A stretch of DNA of 64,000 bases. Source: Deltaproteobacteria bacterium (GTDB lineage: Bacteria; Myxococcota_A; Polyangia; Polyangiales; Houyiibacteriaceae). Under the pieces are notes generated by a model that saw only the letters and a list, made by a program, of their open reading frames with translations, had not been told where the DNA came from and did not search any database. This document shows, one piece after another, positions 1 through 9,805 of this stretch (position 1 is its first letter; each line of letters opens with the position of its first letter). Location of the stretch: positions 128,001 through 192,000 of the forward strand of contig JAXMNT010000001.1 in assembly GCA_034670305.1 (NCBI GenBank), read 5' to 3'. Both the position numbers and the translations under genes were made by a program.

Positions 1-2
1 GG

Positions 3-776
3 GACGCGGGCGGCGACGAAGAACTGAAACTCTGGCTCGGCGGACAGCCCGAGCTGACCGCGGCGATCAACGCGTGTTCCGGCAAGTGGAAGGCGAACGG
101 CGGGGGCATGTCGCTCGACTGCAAAGCGCAGTTGACGAGCCTTGGCGACGGTCGCGCGCACCTCGTGCAACACGCGGGTCACCACGGCGGCTTGCTCGGG
201 ACCCAGATCGGCGTGCGCGAGTTCCTGGGTCTGGGCGCGACGCTCGCGGGTCTGCTCCCGCGCGAACGGCAGCCGGCGCAATCGCCCCTTCGCGGCGTTG
301 CGTACACCGAAGTGTTCCAGCGGTGTCTGCTCTCGCTCGATGGCCAGCCCCCAGCGACCACGCAGGCGCGCTCCTACCTGGACGTCGTGCGCGCGGCGGG
401 ACACGCGCACGAGTCCGAGACGTTCTTCGTGCACGACTGGCCACCGGAGATCGATGGCAACGTGCGCTCGCTGGTCCTGCCCGGCCACGAACGCGGCGCT
501 CCGATCGCAGCAGTCTTGGATCTGACCGCCCTCGGTTCCGGCAAGGACGCGGTCGTGCTCACGGCCACGTCCCTCTACATGCGTTCGGTGGGCGACACCC
601 TCGGCTTTGCGCTCGAGGAGCTGCACGCGGTCGAGCCTCCGAAGGGGCTGCTCATCAAGACGGTGAAGGTCACCCTCAAGAGCGGCCGGTCGATGAAGGT
701 CCAGGCCGGCAGCGACGCCTCCGCGCTCTACGCGGTGCTCGGCGCGGTGTCCGCGCAGAACCAACACGGACGTTGA
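3..776 (+). CDS. Hypothetical protein, 5'-truncated at the window edge
   Basis: The frame of ORF 108-776 is open back to position 3 (DAGGDEELKLWLGGQPELT...) with GC3-rich codons; no motif recognised. Confidence 0.7.
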   Translation, partial: DAGGDEELKLWLGGQPELTAAINACSGKWKANGGGMSLDCKAQLTSLGDGRAHLVQHAGHHGGLLGTQIGVREFLGLGATLAGLLPRERQPAQSPLRGVAYTEVFQRCLLSLDGQPPATTQARSYLDVVRAAGHAHESETFFVHDWPPEIDGNVRSLVLPGHERGAPIAAVLDLTALGSGKDAVVLTATSLYMRSVGDTLGFALEELHAVEPPKGLLIKTVKVTLKSGRSMKVQAGSDASALYAVLGAVSAQNQHGR

Positions 777-885
777 GGCTCAGTCGCTGGGCGTGGGCTC
801 AGGCGGCAGCAATCGGTAGCCGGCCACCATGCGGTTGCCGTGACCCGGGTTCGCAGCCTGTGACCTCCACATGTTGCGCTCGTAC

Positions 886-3105
886 TCAAGGTGCCTCCGA
901 GTTCGGCGTTGTGATCGACCGCAGGGTGATCTCGGGGATCGGCTGCCGGTCTCGGTCGCACTCCGGTACGTCGCGCTGGCAGGCCCGCAGGAGCTGCGGT
1001 TGCTGGTCGGGCACGCGGTAGCGGAGGAAGATCTGACGCAGCCGTTCGACGTCCGGTCCTTCGGTCACGGCGAGGCTCTGCGAGCGCAAGAGATCCGGGT
1101 TTCGGGGCCCGAGTCCGAGGCCGTGCGCGGCGGCATCCACCGTCGCGATGGGGTCGACGGTGTCCACGCTGCCGCGGGCGCGCGCCAGGTCGCGCCACGC
1201 GAACACGTCGCCCGGCGCCATCGCGGCGACCGCGCCGTAGGCCCGCGCGGCTTGTTCCCACTGCCAGACCTGCGCGTAGGCGTGGCCGACCGCGCGCTGG
1301 GTGGGTGGGGCGCCGGGGAGCGCTTCTTCGGCGAGCGCGGCTTCGGCGAGCGCTTCTTCCAGTCGGCCTTGCCGGGCCGCCACCCGCGCGCGCAGGACGT
1401 GGGTCGCCGCGCGGGCTCGGTCGCCGGGTGCGATCTCGAGCGCGCGCGCGAGCACCGGACGGGCTTCATCCAGCCGCTCCTGCACCCCATGCAGCAGACC
1501 GATCGCGTACTGGTTGAGGCGTGGCCAAAGGACTTCGGCCGTGGGCAAAGCATGCCCCAGGGTGATCTGCGCACCCGAGATCTCCGTGATCGGCGCTTCG
1601 GCGCATCCGTCGATCGGGGTGCCGCCGAATCGACGCGTCGCGCGGGCGAAGGCGCGGCCGCGGGCGTCGCGGGTGGCGCGGCAGGCGAGGGTGCGCATGG
1701 CGGCGGGGTGCCGGCGGTGGCGCAGGTGCGCGCGGATGGTGAGGCCGGTGAGATCGACGTCGTCTGGAAGGTCGCCGCTGTAGCGCACGACGAGTGCGTC
1801 GCGTGCCTCGAGGCTGCGATCGAAGGCGAGGGCGCGGAACCGGTGCACCATGTGGGTGAGGTCCGGGCGGCCGTCTTCGTCGAGCAACACGGCGCGCAAC
1901 GTGAACGCGGTGGGATCGGGGGTGTCGGCGTGTTCGGTGCCCGCCGATGCGAGCACCTGTTCGCCATTCGAGACCTCGACCTCGAGCCAGAGGTCCTGCA
2001 GATCTCGGGTGCCGCCGGGGAACCGGTGGCCGGTGTCCCGGTTGAAGACGACCACGTCGAACGCGAACGCGCCGGGCACCGCAACCGCCGACTCCGCTGG
2101 GAGACGCCACTCGTTGCCGAAGCGCACCGCGGCGACATCCACGGTCGCGGAGCCGCGCAGTCGGTCTTGGGCGCGGGCGAACGCCGCCGGGTCGGTCTGG
2201 GCGAGGAGGCTGGTCTGGGCGGCCGCGACCCGATGCGACCGAACGCGTCCGGTGTCGTCGCGCGCGAGATCCGTGAGCGCATCTTCAGGCGCCATGTGGC
2301 AGTCCTGGCAGATCTGTTCGACCGGCGGTTCGACCTCGATGCGCTCCGCGTGCGCGTTGGCGTATACGCTGCGGCGCCATGCACCGATGTCGTCGATGCC
2401 GCCGAGGTGGTGTGGGCTGCCCATGTCTTCGTTCACGAACGAGCGGTGACAACTGCCGCACAGGCCCGCGGTGCGAAGTGGTCTCGGGGTCATGCGCGCG
2501 ACGTGGGCCGCGACCTCCGCCGCGCTGTTCGGATCGGGCAGAAACGCGGGGGCCACGTCGAGGGTGAAGCTGGCGTTGCCATCGGGCCGGACCTCGGTGA
2601 CCGAATGGCAGACGAGGCAGGTGATGCCCGCGTGGGCCGCGGGATCGTCGGGGCGCACGACGGCGGCATCCATCGCACCGCTGACCAGCAGTACCGGATC
2701 GTGGCACCCGGCGCAGAACCGGCTCGCCTCGGGGCCGCGCACGCGGCGGAACTCGTCGACGGTGGGCCGGTACCAGGGGTTGTCGAACGATGCGTGGGCG
2801 TGCGCGCTCGACTGCCAGTGCGCGACGACGTCTGCATGGCACGGGGCGCACTGCGCGACGTTCGCGAGGTCCTCCTGCGGGGTCCCGGCGAGTTCCATCT
2901 GAGATGGTGCGAACGCGCCGGGTTCGTGGGGGAAGCGGGGGCCGAGCGGATCGGTGTGCAGCGGCTCCGGAGGAGGTTCGATGTCTGGCTCGAGGTCGAT
3001 CGGGGGCGCGACCACCGGCGGATCGGGTGGCGGCGCGTCCCCGCCGCACCCGAGCGCGACGAACGCTGCACCGGCGATCGCACACCAGCGGAACCAACCT
3101 GGCAT
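886..3105 (-). CDS. Multiheme cytochrome c lipoprotein with C-terminal TPR region
   Basis: Lipobox-like ALGC; five CxxCH motifs (CAPCH, CAGCH, CLVCH, CGSCH, CQDCH); GHRFPGG motif; Ala-rich TPR-like helices. Confidence 0.85.
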   Translation of the reverse strand: MPGWFRWCAIAGAAFVALGCGGDAPPPDPPVVAPPIDLEPDIEPPPEPLHTDPLGPRFPHEPGAFAPSQMELAGTPQEDLANVAQCAPCHADVVAHWQSSAHAHASFDNPWYRPTVDEFRRVRGPEASRFCAGCHDPVLLVSGAMDAAVVRPDDPAAHAGITCLVCHSVTEVRPDGNASFTLDVAPAFLPDPNSAAEVAAHVARMTPRPLRTAGLCGSCHRSFVNEDMGSPHHLGGIDDIGAWRRSVYANAHAERIEVEPPVEQICQDCHMAPEDALTDLARDDTGRVRSHRVAAAQTSLLAQTDPAAFARAQDRLRGSATVDVAAVRFGNEWRLPAESAVAVPGAFAFDVVVFNRDTGHRFPGGTRDLQDLWLEVEVSNGEQVLASAGTEHADTPDPTAFTLRAVLLDEDGRPDLTHMVHRFRALAFDRSLEARDALVVRYSGDLPDDVDLTGLTIRAHLRHRRHPAAMRTLACRATRDARGRAFARATRRFGGTPIDGCAEAPITEISGAQITLGHALPTAEVLWPRLNQYAIGLLHGVQERLDEARPVLARALEIAPGDRARAATHVLRARVAARQGRLEEALAEAALAEEALPGAPPTQRAVGHAYAQVWQWEQAARAYGAVAAMAPGDVFAWRDLARARGSVDTVDPIATVDAAAHGLGLGPRNPDLLRSQSLAVTEGPDVERLRQIFLRYRVPDQQPQLLRACQRDVPECDRDRQPIPEITLRSITTPNSEAP

Positions 3106-3112
3106 CAAGCGC

Positions 3113-3214
3113 CGCCGCCGGCGTTCATCGGGCGAGCCGCTGTTCGACCTCGCGTCGGTGCCGCGCCGCCGGCGTTCATCGGGCGAGCCGCTCTTCGACC
3201 TCGCGTCGGTGCCG
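3113..3214. repeat. 51-bp tandem duplication including the upstream gene's stop codon
   Basis: 3113-3163 and 3164-3214 are identical except ctgttc/ctcttc. Confidence 0.9.
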
Positions 3215-4216
3215 CTCCGCCAGCGCGCGCCAGGGGTCTCCGTCTTCGCTCAGCGCGAGGTAGTCGGTCCACGCCCGCAGGGCCTGTTGCCAGTGCGGCC
3301 GGGCGTCTTCCCTCGGCGCGGCCTCGGCGTACGCCATGTGACCGAGCGCGACGTAGTAGTGCACTTCCGACTCCGGCTCGAAGAACACGTTCGGGTCATC
3401 GGTCAGCCCCTCCATCCCGCCGCCGAACACGCTCCGGGCGCGTGCGGCGTGGTCGAGTGCGCTGTGGTGTTCTCCGAGTCGATCGAGCGCCACGGCCAAT
3501 CCGAAGTGCGCGAGGAAGAGCGACCGTTCGTCCGTCGCCTCTTCGGCGTAGTCGATGGCGAGCTCGTAGTACGAGACCGCGTCGGTGAGCTGTCCATCCA
3601 TCATCAACGTCTCGGCGAGGTTGCTCGATGTGGTCGACGCGCTCTGCGCGGACATCGTGGCGGCATGTTCGAGCGCGCGTTTGTATTCGACGATCGCGAC
3701 CGCGGTCTCGCCTTCGCGGGAGTGCAGGAGCGCGAGTTCGAACGCGACGACCTCCGGCAGGTACGCCGGGTCGAGGGCTCGGACCTGGTGGTAGAGCGCG
3801 ATGGCTTCGGCCACCCGTCGCTCGGGCGCTTCTCCGGGACGGGGACGTTCGTACATGGCGGTGCGGACCGCGAGCTCGATCAGTGGTTCCGGGTCTTCCG
3901 GCACCAGCGCGTGCGCGCGGCGGAACCGTTCGATCGCGCCTTCCAGCCACGCTGCGTAGAGGTGCGGGCGCCGGTTGTTCCGCTCCTGAAGGGCGCGCGC
4001 CACGAGCACCCGGCCATGCCGCATGAGCACCGCGACGCGCCGGTGGCCGGGTTGCCGAAGCTCCCGCCAGAAGTCGGAGGTCTGCTCGACCGGACGTGTC
4101 ACCGCGGCCGAGCCAGGCGGGGCGGAGGTTTGCGCGGCGGTCGGCACAGATGGGCCGATCGAGGCCGCGAGGACCAGCCCGCACAGCGCATGCCGGGTGC
4201 CGCGTCGAAGACTCAT
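3176..4216 (-). CDS. Exported TPR protein
   Basis: ATG 4216 overlaps the upstream stop; signal-peptide-like N-terminus; TPR-like helices (NLAETLMMDGQLTDAVSYYELAI). Confidence 0.8.
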   Translation of the reverse strand: MSLRRGTRHALCGLVLAASIGPSVPTAAQTSAPPGSAAVTRPVEQTSDFWRELRQPGHRRVAVLMRHGRVLVARALQERNNRRPHLYAAWLEGAIERFRRAHALVPEDPEPLIELAVRTAMYERPRPGEAPERRVAEAIALYHQVRALDPAYLPEVVAFELALLHSREGETAVAIVEYKRALEHAATMSAQSASTTSSNLAETLMMDGQLTDAVSYYELAIDYAEEATDERSLFLAHFGLAVALDRLGEHHSALDHAARARSVFGGGMEGLTDDPNVFFEPESEVHYYVALGHMAYAEAAPREDARPHWQQALRAWTDYLALSEDGDPWRALAERHRREVEERLAR

Positions 4217-5091
4217 CGCGGCCGCCGGCGGCGGGTTCGTTCGCGCACGGGTGGCGCCGCCGCGGCCTGCGCGTGTTCGAGCCACGGGCCGTCGGTGATC
4301 GCCTGCCACGCTGCCCGGGCGCCGCCGTCGTCCGTCGCCATCAGCACCAGCGCGCGCCGGGCGTCGCGTTCGGTGGGCGGCACGAACAAACTCGCGAGCA
4401 GTGCGTCGAGCCGCCCCCGCGCCGCGACGCGCCGCGCGTGGTCGCGCCATTCGACCGCTTCACCGGTGCGATGCAGCGCGAGCGCGATGCCGAGTGACGC
4501 GCGGGGGTCTGCGCCGCCCGATCGCAACGCCTCTCGGTAGGCACGGATTGCGGCGTCCGCGTGCGCAGGTCCCTGTGCGAGCAAGACGTCGCCGTACAGA
4601 CCGTAGAGCGACTGCCGCTGCGGCCCGGGCCGCATCCGCCCCAGCACTCGGGCCAGCACCTGCGCCGCGAGCGCGTGGTCTCCGCTCCGTGCCATGAGTT
4701 CTCCGGCGCGGGCCCCGTCCTGCGGATCGTCGAGCGCCGCGGGGTCGAGTTCCAGCGCGCGGCGCACGTCGGCCTGCGCCGAAGCCAGGTCGCCCAGTTC
4801 CCCGGCTGCGAGCGCCCGGACGACGAACGCTTCTCCGCGCTGGGGCAATCGGCGGGCGGCGGCGTCCGCCGAGGTGCGCGCTTGGTCGAGACGACGTGCC
4901 CGCAGGGCCGCACGCGCCCGCGTGACGTCGGCGCGCCAGGCACCGAGGCCTGGGGTGCGGACTTCGTCCCAGAAGTCCGAGGCGTGCGCTTGGCTCGGAG
5001 GGAAGGTCGACAGCCCCAGGAGTGCGACGAACCCCAAGAAGAGAGGTGCCAGGGCCAAAGCACGGCGGATCGCAGGGGCACAACGCATCAC
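4213..5091 (-). CDS. Exported TPR protein
   Basis: Signal peptide ending AHA-S; TPR-like repeats; FWxE motif shared with the downstream TPR protein. Confidence 0.8.
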   Translation of the reverse strand: MMRCAPAIRRALALAPLFLGFVALLGLSTFPPSQAHASDFWDEVRTPGLGAWRADVTRARAALRARRLDQARTSADAAARRLPQRGEAFVVRALAAGELGDLASAQADVRRALELDPAALDDPQDGARAGELMARSGDHALAAQVLARVLGRMRPGPQRQSLYGLYGDVLLAQGPAHADAAIRAYREALRSGGADPRASLGIALALHRTGEAVEWRDHARRVAARGRLDALLASLFVPPTERDARRALVLMATDDGGARAAWQAITDGPWLEHAQAAAAPPVRERTRRRRPR

Positions 5092-5163
5092 AGGCGCAGG
5101 GTACGATCGCTCTGGGCGAGGAGCGAGCTTGTCGAACGGGGTCATTGGCGACAGGTTCTTCGA

Positions 5164-6189
5164 GTGGAGTCCCTCCTCAGACCTTGGCTGCTGGCTCGAT
5201 TTCTCAGCGGCCTGACCGCGGCCGCCTTGTGTGTGGTGGCGGTGCTGGTCGCCATCCGGGTTCTGAAACACTGGCGGGTCGGCTCCACCAGCGAAGGGCA
5301 GCTGGTCCTCGAGCGGCGCGCAGAGCTCGTCGCGACCCTGGTGCAAGCGGGGCTGCTGCTGGCGCTTCTCGGTCTGGTGTTGCTGGTCCTCGCCGCCGAT
5401 CGCAGCGCGGACTCGATCCGCGGCGCCATGTGTGCGTACGGCGTCTTCGACGCGACCCCGGTCGGCATGTGGCCGCTCGCGACCGGCAGCCTCGCCGCGC
5501 TCGCGTGTGCGGGCTGGTTGGCCTTGCACCGACTGGATCTGCGCGTGGCGCAACCGGTGCTGACCCGGCGCAAGTTCACCGCGCTCTTCGTGGTGGCGCC
5601 GCTGGTGTGGCTCGACCTCGGCACGTTCGTGGCGTTCTCCTCCGGCCTCGACTTCGACGTCGTCGCGTCCTGCTGCAGCGTCGGCCTCGACGGCGGTGCG
5701 ATCGGCCAGTGGGGCGCCGAGGCCTCCGCGGGCGTACGCGGCCTGACGTTCTTCGTGGCGGCGCTCGGCCTCGCGGTCGCTGCTGCGGTGAGCTTCGTGT
5801 GGGTGTGGCGCCGGCCGGGCCGATTCGCGGCCATGGTGGGCGCGGTGCTCTCGCTGCTCGCCGCGATGGCGATGGTCCCCGCCGTGCTCTACTTCATCGC
5901 GCCTCACGCCTACGAAACGCCCCGCCACCTCTGTCCATTCTGTCTGCTTCACGCGGACGTCGGTGGCATCGGGTGGCCGCTCTTTGCCAGCGTGTTCGCC
6001 GGGACCGCGCTCGGCGTCGGCATGGGTGTGGTCGCGTGGCAGCGGGGCGCCGGCGTGACAGCACCGGCGCGCGAAGTGCTGCGTGGGCTTGGCCGAGTGG
6101 GCGCGCTTCTGTGGGTGAGTGGGGCGCTGCTGGCGGCGTTCCCCGTGGTTCGATACTGGTGGATGACTGGAACAGGTTTGTTCGGATGA
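5164..6189 (+). CDS. Polytopic membrane protein with Cys motifs (GAMCA, SCCS, HLCPFCLLH)
   Basis: About 8-9 hydrophobic segments; stop overlaps the ATG of the NosL-like gene. Confidence 0.8.
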   Translation: MESLLRPWLLARFLSGLTAAALCVVAVLVAIRVLKHWRVGSTSEGQLVLERRAELVATLVQAGLLLALLGLVLLVLAADRSADSIRGAMCAYGVFDATPVGMWPLATGSLAALACAGWLALHRLDLRVAQPVLTRRKFTALFVVAPLVWLDLGTFVAFSSGLDFDVVASCCSVGLDGGAIGQWGAEASAGVRGLTFFVAALGLAVAAAVSFVWVWRRPGRFAAMVGAVLSLLAAMAMVPAVLYFIAPHAYETPRHLCPFCLLHADVGGIGWPLFASVFAGTALGVGMGVVAWQRGAGVTAPAREVLRGLGRVGALLWVSGALLAAFPVVRYWWMTGTGLFG

Positions 6190-6629
6190 GACGATGGCGC
6201 TGGGCTCTGGGTGCAATGGTGTGTGCGGCTCTGGCGTGCGGCGGCGACGGAACGTCGACCGAGGGCGCCCCTGCAGAAGTCGCCGAAGCCCCGAGATGTG
6301 CGGAGTGCGGCATGCGCACCGACACCGCGCCGCGCTGGGTCGCGGGGCTGGGCGACGACCGCTTCGACGCTCCGAAGTGCCTCTTTCGGTACGCGGCCGA
6401 CCAAGGCACCGATCCCATCGGTGGCTGGGTCACCGACTACTACGGCGGCACCCGGCGCCAGATCGGCGAAGTGACGTTCGTCGCGGGCAGCGATGTCCAG
6501 AGCCCGATGGGCGACGACCTCGTTCCGCTGCTTGGCCACAGCCAGGCCGAACGCTTCATCGCGGACCACGGCGGCCGTGCGCTCGCTCCGGACGCAGTGG
6601 ACGCGACGGTGCTCGAAGCGCTGCACTGA
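6186..6629 (+). CDS. nosL: NosL-family copper-chaperone-like lipoprotein
   Basis: Lipobox LAC-G; CAECGM; FDAPKCLF; WVTDYY; GSDVQSPMGDDLVP; F..DHGG. Confidence 0.8.
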   Translation: MRRWRWALGAMVCAALACGGDGTSTEGAPAEVAEAPRCAECGMRTDTAPRWVAGLGDDRFDAPKCLFRYAADQGTDPIGGWVTDYYGGTRRQIGEVTFVAGSDVQSPMGDDLVPLLGHSQAERFIADHGGRALAPDAVDATVLEALH

Positions 6630-6649
6630 CCTCGCCGCTGCTGTGGTGG

Positions 6650-7459
6650 TCAGCCGGACACCAGGCGGCCGTCGTCGATCCGAACCGTGCGGTCCACGCT
6701 GGGCGCTTCGGCGAGGCGCGGGTCGTGGGTGCAGGCCAGGATGCTCTTGCCCTGGTCGCGCACGCCCGAGAGCAACTCAATGATCTGCGTGGCGTTGTCC
6801 GCGTCGACGTGGGCCGTCGGTTCGTCGAGGAGCAGCACGCCCGGGTCGGTGATCATCGCGCGCGCGAGTGAGCCGCGCTGACGTTCTCCGCCGCTCAGCT
6901 TCTCGATGCGGGTGTCCGCCTTCGCGCCGATGCCGAACTGCTCGAGCAGCATGTGCGCGCGTTCGGTGTCGGCGCGCGTCGGCCCGCCGGTGGGAACGAG
7001 CGGCAACAGGACGTTCTCGCGCAGCGTCATGCCGTCGATCAGTCGATGGTCCTGCAGCACGATGCCGATGTGGCGCCGGCGGGCGCGGGTGCGGTGGTGG
7101 TCGCGCATCTTGGTGAGGCTCTCGCCCTGCAAGCACACCTCACCCTTGGTCGGCTGCACGAGCCCGCCGAGCAGATGCAGCAGCGTGGTCTTGCCGCTGC
7201 CGCTCGGGCCGAGCAGCACCACGAACTCGCCGCCGGACAGGCGCAACGAGACCTCGCGCACGGCGAAGACTCTCTGGCCGCCATCGAAGAAGCGTTTGGT
7301 GACGTTCACGGCTTCGAGCGCCGTCTGCTCCGCGGTGCCTTTCGGCGCGGTGCTGCCCTCGAGAATCGCAGCGGTGTCTTCCGGCGCGGCGGTGTCTTCC
7401 GGCGCAGCGCCGTCTTTCGGCGCGCGCTCCTCCGAGACGCTCTCGTCTTCATCCCTCAC
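6650..7459 (-). CDS. ABC transporter ATP-binding protein (LolD/MacB-like)
   Basis: Walker A GPSGSGKT, signature LSGGE, Walker B LLLDEPT, H-loop CTHD; GTG overlaps the permease stop. Confidence 0.9.
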   Translation of the reverse strand: MRDEDESVSEERAPKDGAAPEDTAAPEDTAAILEGSTAPKGTAEQTALEAVNVTKRFFDGGQRVFAVREVSLRLSGGEFVVLLGPSGSGKTTLLHLLGGLVQPTKGEVCLQGESLTKMRDHHRTRARRRHIGIVLQDHRLIDGMTLRENVLLPLVPTGGPTRADTERAHMLLEQFGIGAKADTRIEKLSGGERQRGSLARAMITDPGVLLLDEPTAHVDADNATQIIELLSGVRDQGKSILACTHDPRLAEAPSVDRTVRIDDGRLVSG

Positions 7460-8619
7460 CGCATCGCCTCGCTGGGATCGAGCGTCGCCGCGCGCCACGC
7501 GGGCACGATCGAGAGCCCGAGGAAGGGCACCACCACGATCCCGAAGAGCATCACGAGCGCGGACGGATCCAACGTCGGTCGCAGGTCGAGCGGCGGATGC
7601 AGTGTGCTCCATCCGAAGAGCGCGCCGGACAGCCCAGGTGCGCTCAGGACGAACACATACACGTACGCCAGCACCACCCCGAACCAGGTCGCACCCAGGC
7701 ACAGCAGGAGGCTCTCCCACAACCGCGCCGCCAGCACGTCGCGCGTCTCCCACCCGATGGTCTTCAGGACCCCGATCTCGCGCCGCTCGGCTGGGCTCAG
7801 CCCGGTGAAACGCTCCCAGCCGATGAGCAAGAGCGCGAGCAGCACCGGCAGCAACATCGCGCCCAGCAGTCCTCCGCGTCCGTCGAAGGTCAGCTCGTAG
7901 GTCCGCACGAGCGCGGTGCGTTCGAGCACCCGGGCACCGGGCAGCCGCTCCTGGATCTGCGCGGCCACGACGGCGGCCTCCTCGGGGCGGGCGAGCTCGA
8001 TCGCGAGATCGGTGGCCTGGCCCTCCGGCATGCCGAGCAGGCGGCGCGCCACCGCATCCGTCGTGTAGAGCACGTCGTTGCTCTGCAGCGCACTCTCGGT
8101 CCGGAAGATGCCGACGACCTCCAGCACGACCACTTCGTGCTGCGGATCGGGCAACGCGATCCGGTCCCCGACGTGCACCGCGAAGCGCTCCGCCAGGCCC
8201 GCGCCGAGCAGTGCTTGCGGCACCCCGGTGGGTTCCGCCGAGAGGTCCTGCCCTTCCAAGAGCGTGGGCGGCACCGCGCGCCAAGTCGTGCCCACCACGG
8301 TGGCGTTCGCGGCGATCGCTTCCACGAAGACGTAACCCCAGACCCGCGGGCGCACCGATCGCACCCCAGGACCGGTGGGCACCACGTCCGCATCGGCGTC
8401 GATCAACGCCGGGCGCCCGGCCACGAGCCGCTGCACCACCAGATCGGGCGTGCCTTCAATCGCCGCCCGCCATTCCGCGCGCAGTCCATCGGTGAGCCAG
8501 AGCACGCTCGCGTAGGCACCGACCACGAGGCCGAGCGCCAACCCGAGCGCGAGTTGGCGACCGAGGCGGCGCCGGAGCGATCCAAGCGCGAACACCAGCA
8601 AGGCCCGTTGCCGTTTCAT
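7456..8619 (-). CDS. ABC transporter permease (FtsX/LolE-like)
   Basis: N-terminal TM helix, periplasmic domain, ERREIGVLKTIGW motif, C-terminal PAWRAATLDP. Confidence 0.88.
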   Translation of the reverse strand: MKRQRALLVFALGSLRRRLGRQLALGLALGLVVGAYASVLWLTDGLRAEWRAAIEGTPDLVVQRLVAGRPALIDADADVVPTGPGVRSVRPRVWGYVFVEAIAANATVVGTTWRAVPPTLLEGQDLSAEPTGVPQALLGAGLAERFAVHVGDRIALPDPQHEVVVLEVVGIFRTESALQSNDVLYTTDAVARRLLGMPEGQATDLAIELARPEEAAVVAAQIQERLPGARVLERTALVRTYELTFDGRGGLLGAMLLPVLLALLLIGWERFTGLSPAERREIGVLKTIGWETRDVLAARLWESLLLCLGATWFGVVLAYVYVFVLSAPGLSGALFGWSTLHPPLDLRPTLDPSALVMLFGIVVVPFLGLSIVPAWRAATLDPSEAMR

Positions 8620-9008
8620 CGGGACGGTTCGCTCTCGGTGTCGCCGCGCGGCGGGACCGGGGGACCGAGCCACGCGCCGGCGGGATCGGTGTCGAAGCTG
8701 GCCGGAAGATCACTCATCGGCGCCATCGGCTCGACCTGGCTCGGGTGCCGGATCCACCGAGCGCTGGAAGACAGCGCGAGATCGGCGAATCCGAGACTCC
8801 GTGCGAGCTCGGCCCGCGCCTGGTCGCGCTGGGTGTGCGTGTTGCGTTCGGTCCATGCGTGCACGCCGAGGCCTCCCCCGATCAGCGACATGGCCGCGAA
8901 GACGAGTCCGAGAAAACGAAGCCGGCGGCGGACGAACGCGGGAGGTCCGTTCCGGTCGGCCGTGGTCGGTCCGGAGACTTCGCCGGCGCTCGTGACTTCC
9001 TCGGCCAC
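8616..9008 (-). CDS. Small single-TM protein of the NosL/ABC cassette
   Basis: One TM helix; LGFADLALSSSARWIRHPS motif; stop overlaps the permease start. Confidence 0.7.
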   Translation of the reverse strand: MAEEVTSAGEVSGPTTADRNGPPAFVRRRLRFLGLVFAAMSLIGGGLGVHAWTERNTHTQRDQARAELARSLGFADLALSSSARWIRHPSQVEPMAPMSDLPASFDTDPAGAWLGPPVPPRGDTESEPSR

Positions 9009-9009
9009 G

Positions 9010-9777
9010 TCAGAACGAGACGAAGAGCTGCGTCAGCAGGGCGTCGGCGATCAAGATGGCGATCGAGACGGCCACGACCGAACGGGTGGTGGAACGGCCC
9101 ACACCTTCGGTGCCGCCGCGGGTGCTCATGCCGAAGTGGCAGCCGAGCACGGCCACGAGGAACCCGAAGAACGGCGCCTTGCTCAGACCACTGAGATAGT
9201 CCTGCATCGTGACGCCATCGAGCGCGGAGCTGATGTACTGCGATGCAGGGATGCCATACGAGGTCGTGCCGATGAAGAGCGAGGCGGACATGCCGAGCAG
9301 CAGCGCGATGCACGCGATGAGCGGCATGATGAGGACGCTCGCGAGCACCCGCGGGACGACCAGCTTGTGCACTGGGTCGGCACCGAGCGCACGGATCGCG
9401 TCGATCTGTTCGGTCACCGCCATCGAACCGAGCTCGGCCGCCATCCCCGCGGCGACCCGCATGCCCACCACGAGAGAGGTCAAGGCGGGCGCGAGTTCGC
9501 GCGCCATGCTGAGGGCGATGACTTTGCCGAGTGCTTCTTTCGCGCCGTACTTCTCCATGAAGAAGCCGAACTGAATGGTCATGACCATGCCGACGAAGAG
9601 CGCTGTCGCGCTGGCGAGGGCCATGCTCTTCACCCCGAGCAGGTAGATCTGGGAGATGAACGCTTTGCCTTCGAACCGGGTGCTGAAGAGCGTCCGAAAG
9701 AACCGAACGCCGAGCAGCGCGGCTCCGCCGATCTCGGAGACCCCTTCGCGGAACCCACTGCGGTGTTGTTGGCTCAC
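9010..9777 (-). CDS. mlaE: MlaE-family ABC permease
   Basis: RELAPALT, AELGSMAVTEQIDAIRALGADP, GGTEGVGRSTTRSVV. Confidence 0.9.
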   Translation of the reverse strand: MSQQHRSGFREGVSEIGGAALLGVRFFRTLFSTRFEGKAFISQIYLLGVKSMALASATALFVGMVMTIQFGFFMEKYGAKEALGKVIALSMARELAPALTSLVVGMRVAAGMAAELGSMAVTEQIDAIRALGADPVHKLVVPRVLASVLIMPLIACIALLLGMSASLFIGTTSYGIPASQYISSALDGVTMQDYLSGLSKAPFFGFLVAVLGCHFGMSTRGGTEGVGRSTTRSVVAVSIAILIADALLTQLFVSF

Positions 9778-9805
9778 GGACGGTCCACAGATGCGGCGAC
9801 CGCGT

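Noticed and set aside
7370-7410. 18-bp tandem repeat (APEDTA x2) in the ABC ATPase N-terminus
   Set aside because: Ordinary low-complexity linker duplication; similar cases occur at 33420-33500 and 63370-63398.
5164-9008. Nitrous oxide reductase (nos) operon
   Set aside because: No nosZ, nosD or nosR in the window, and the ABC transporter is LolD/FtsX-type rather than NosFY.
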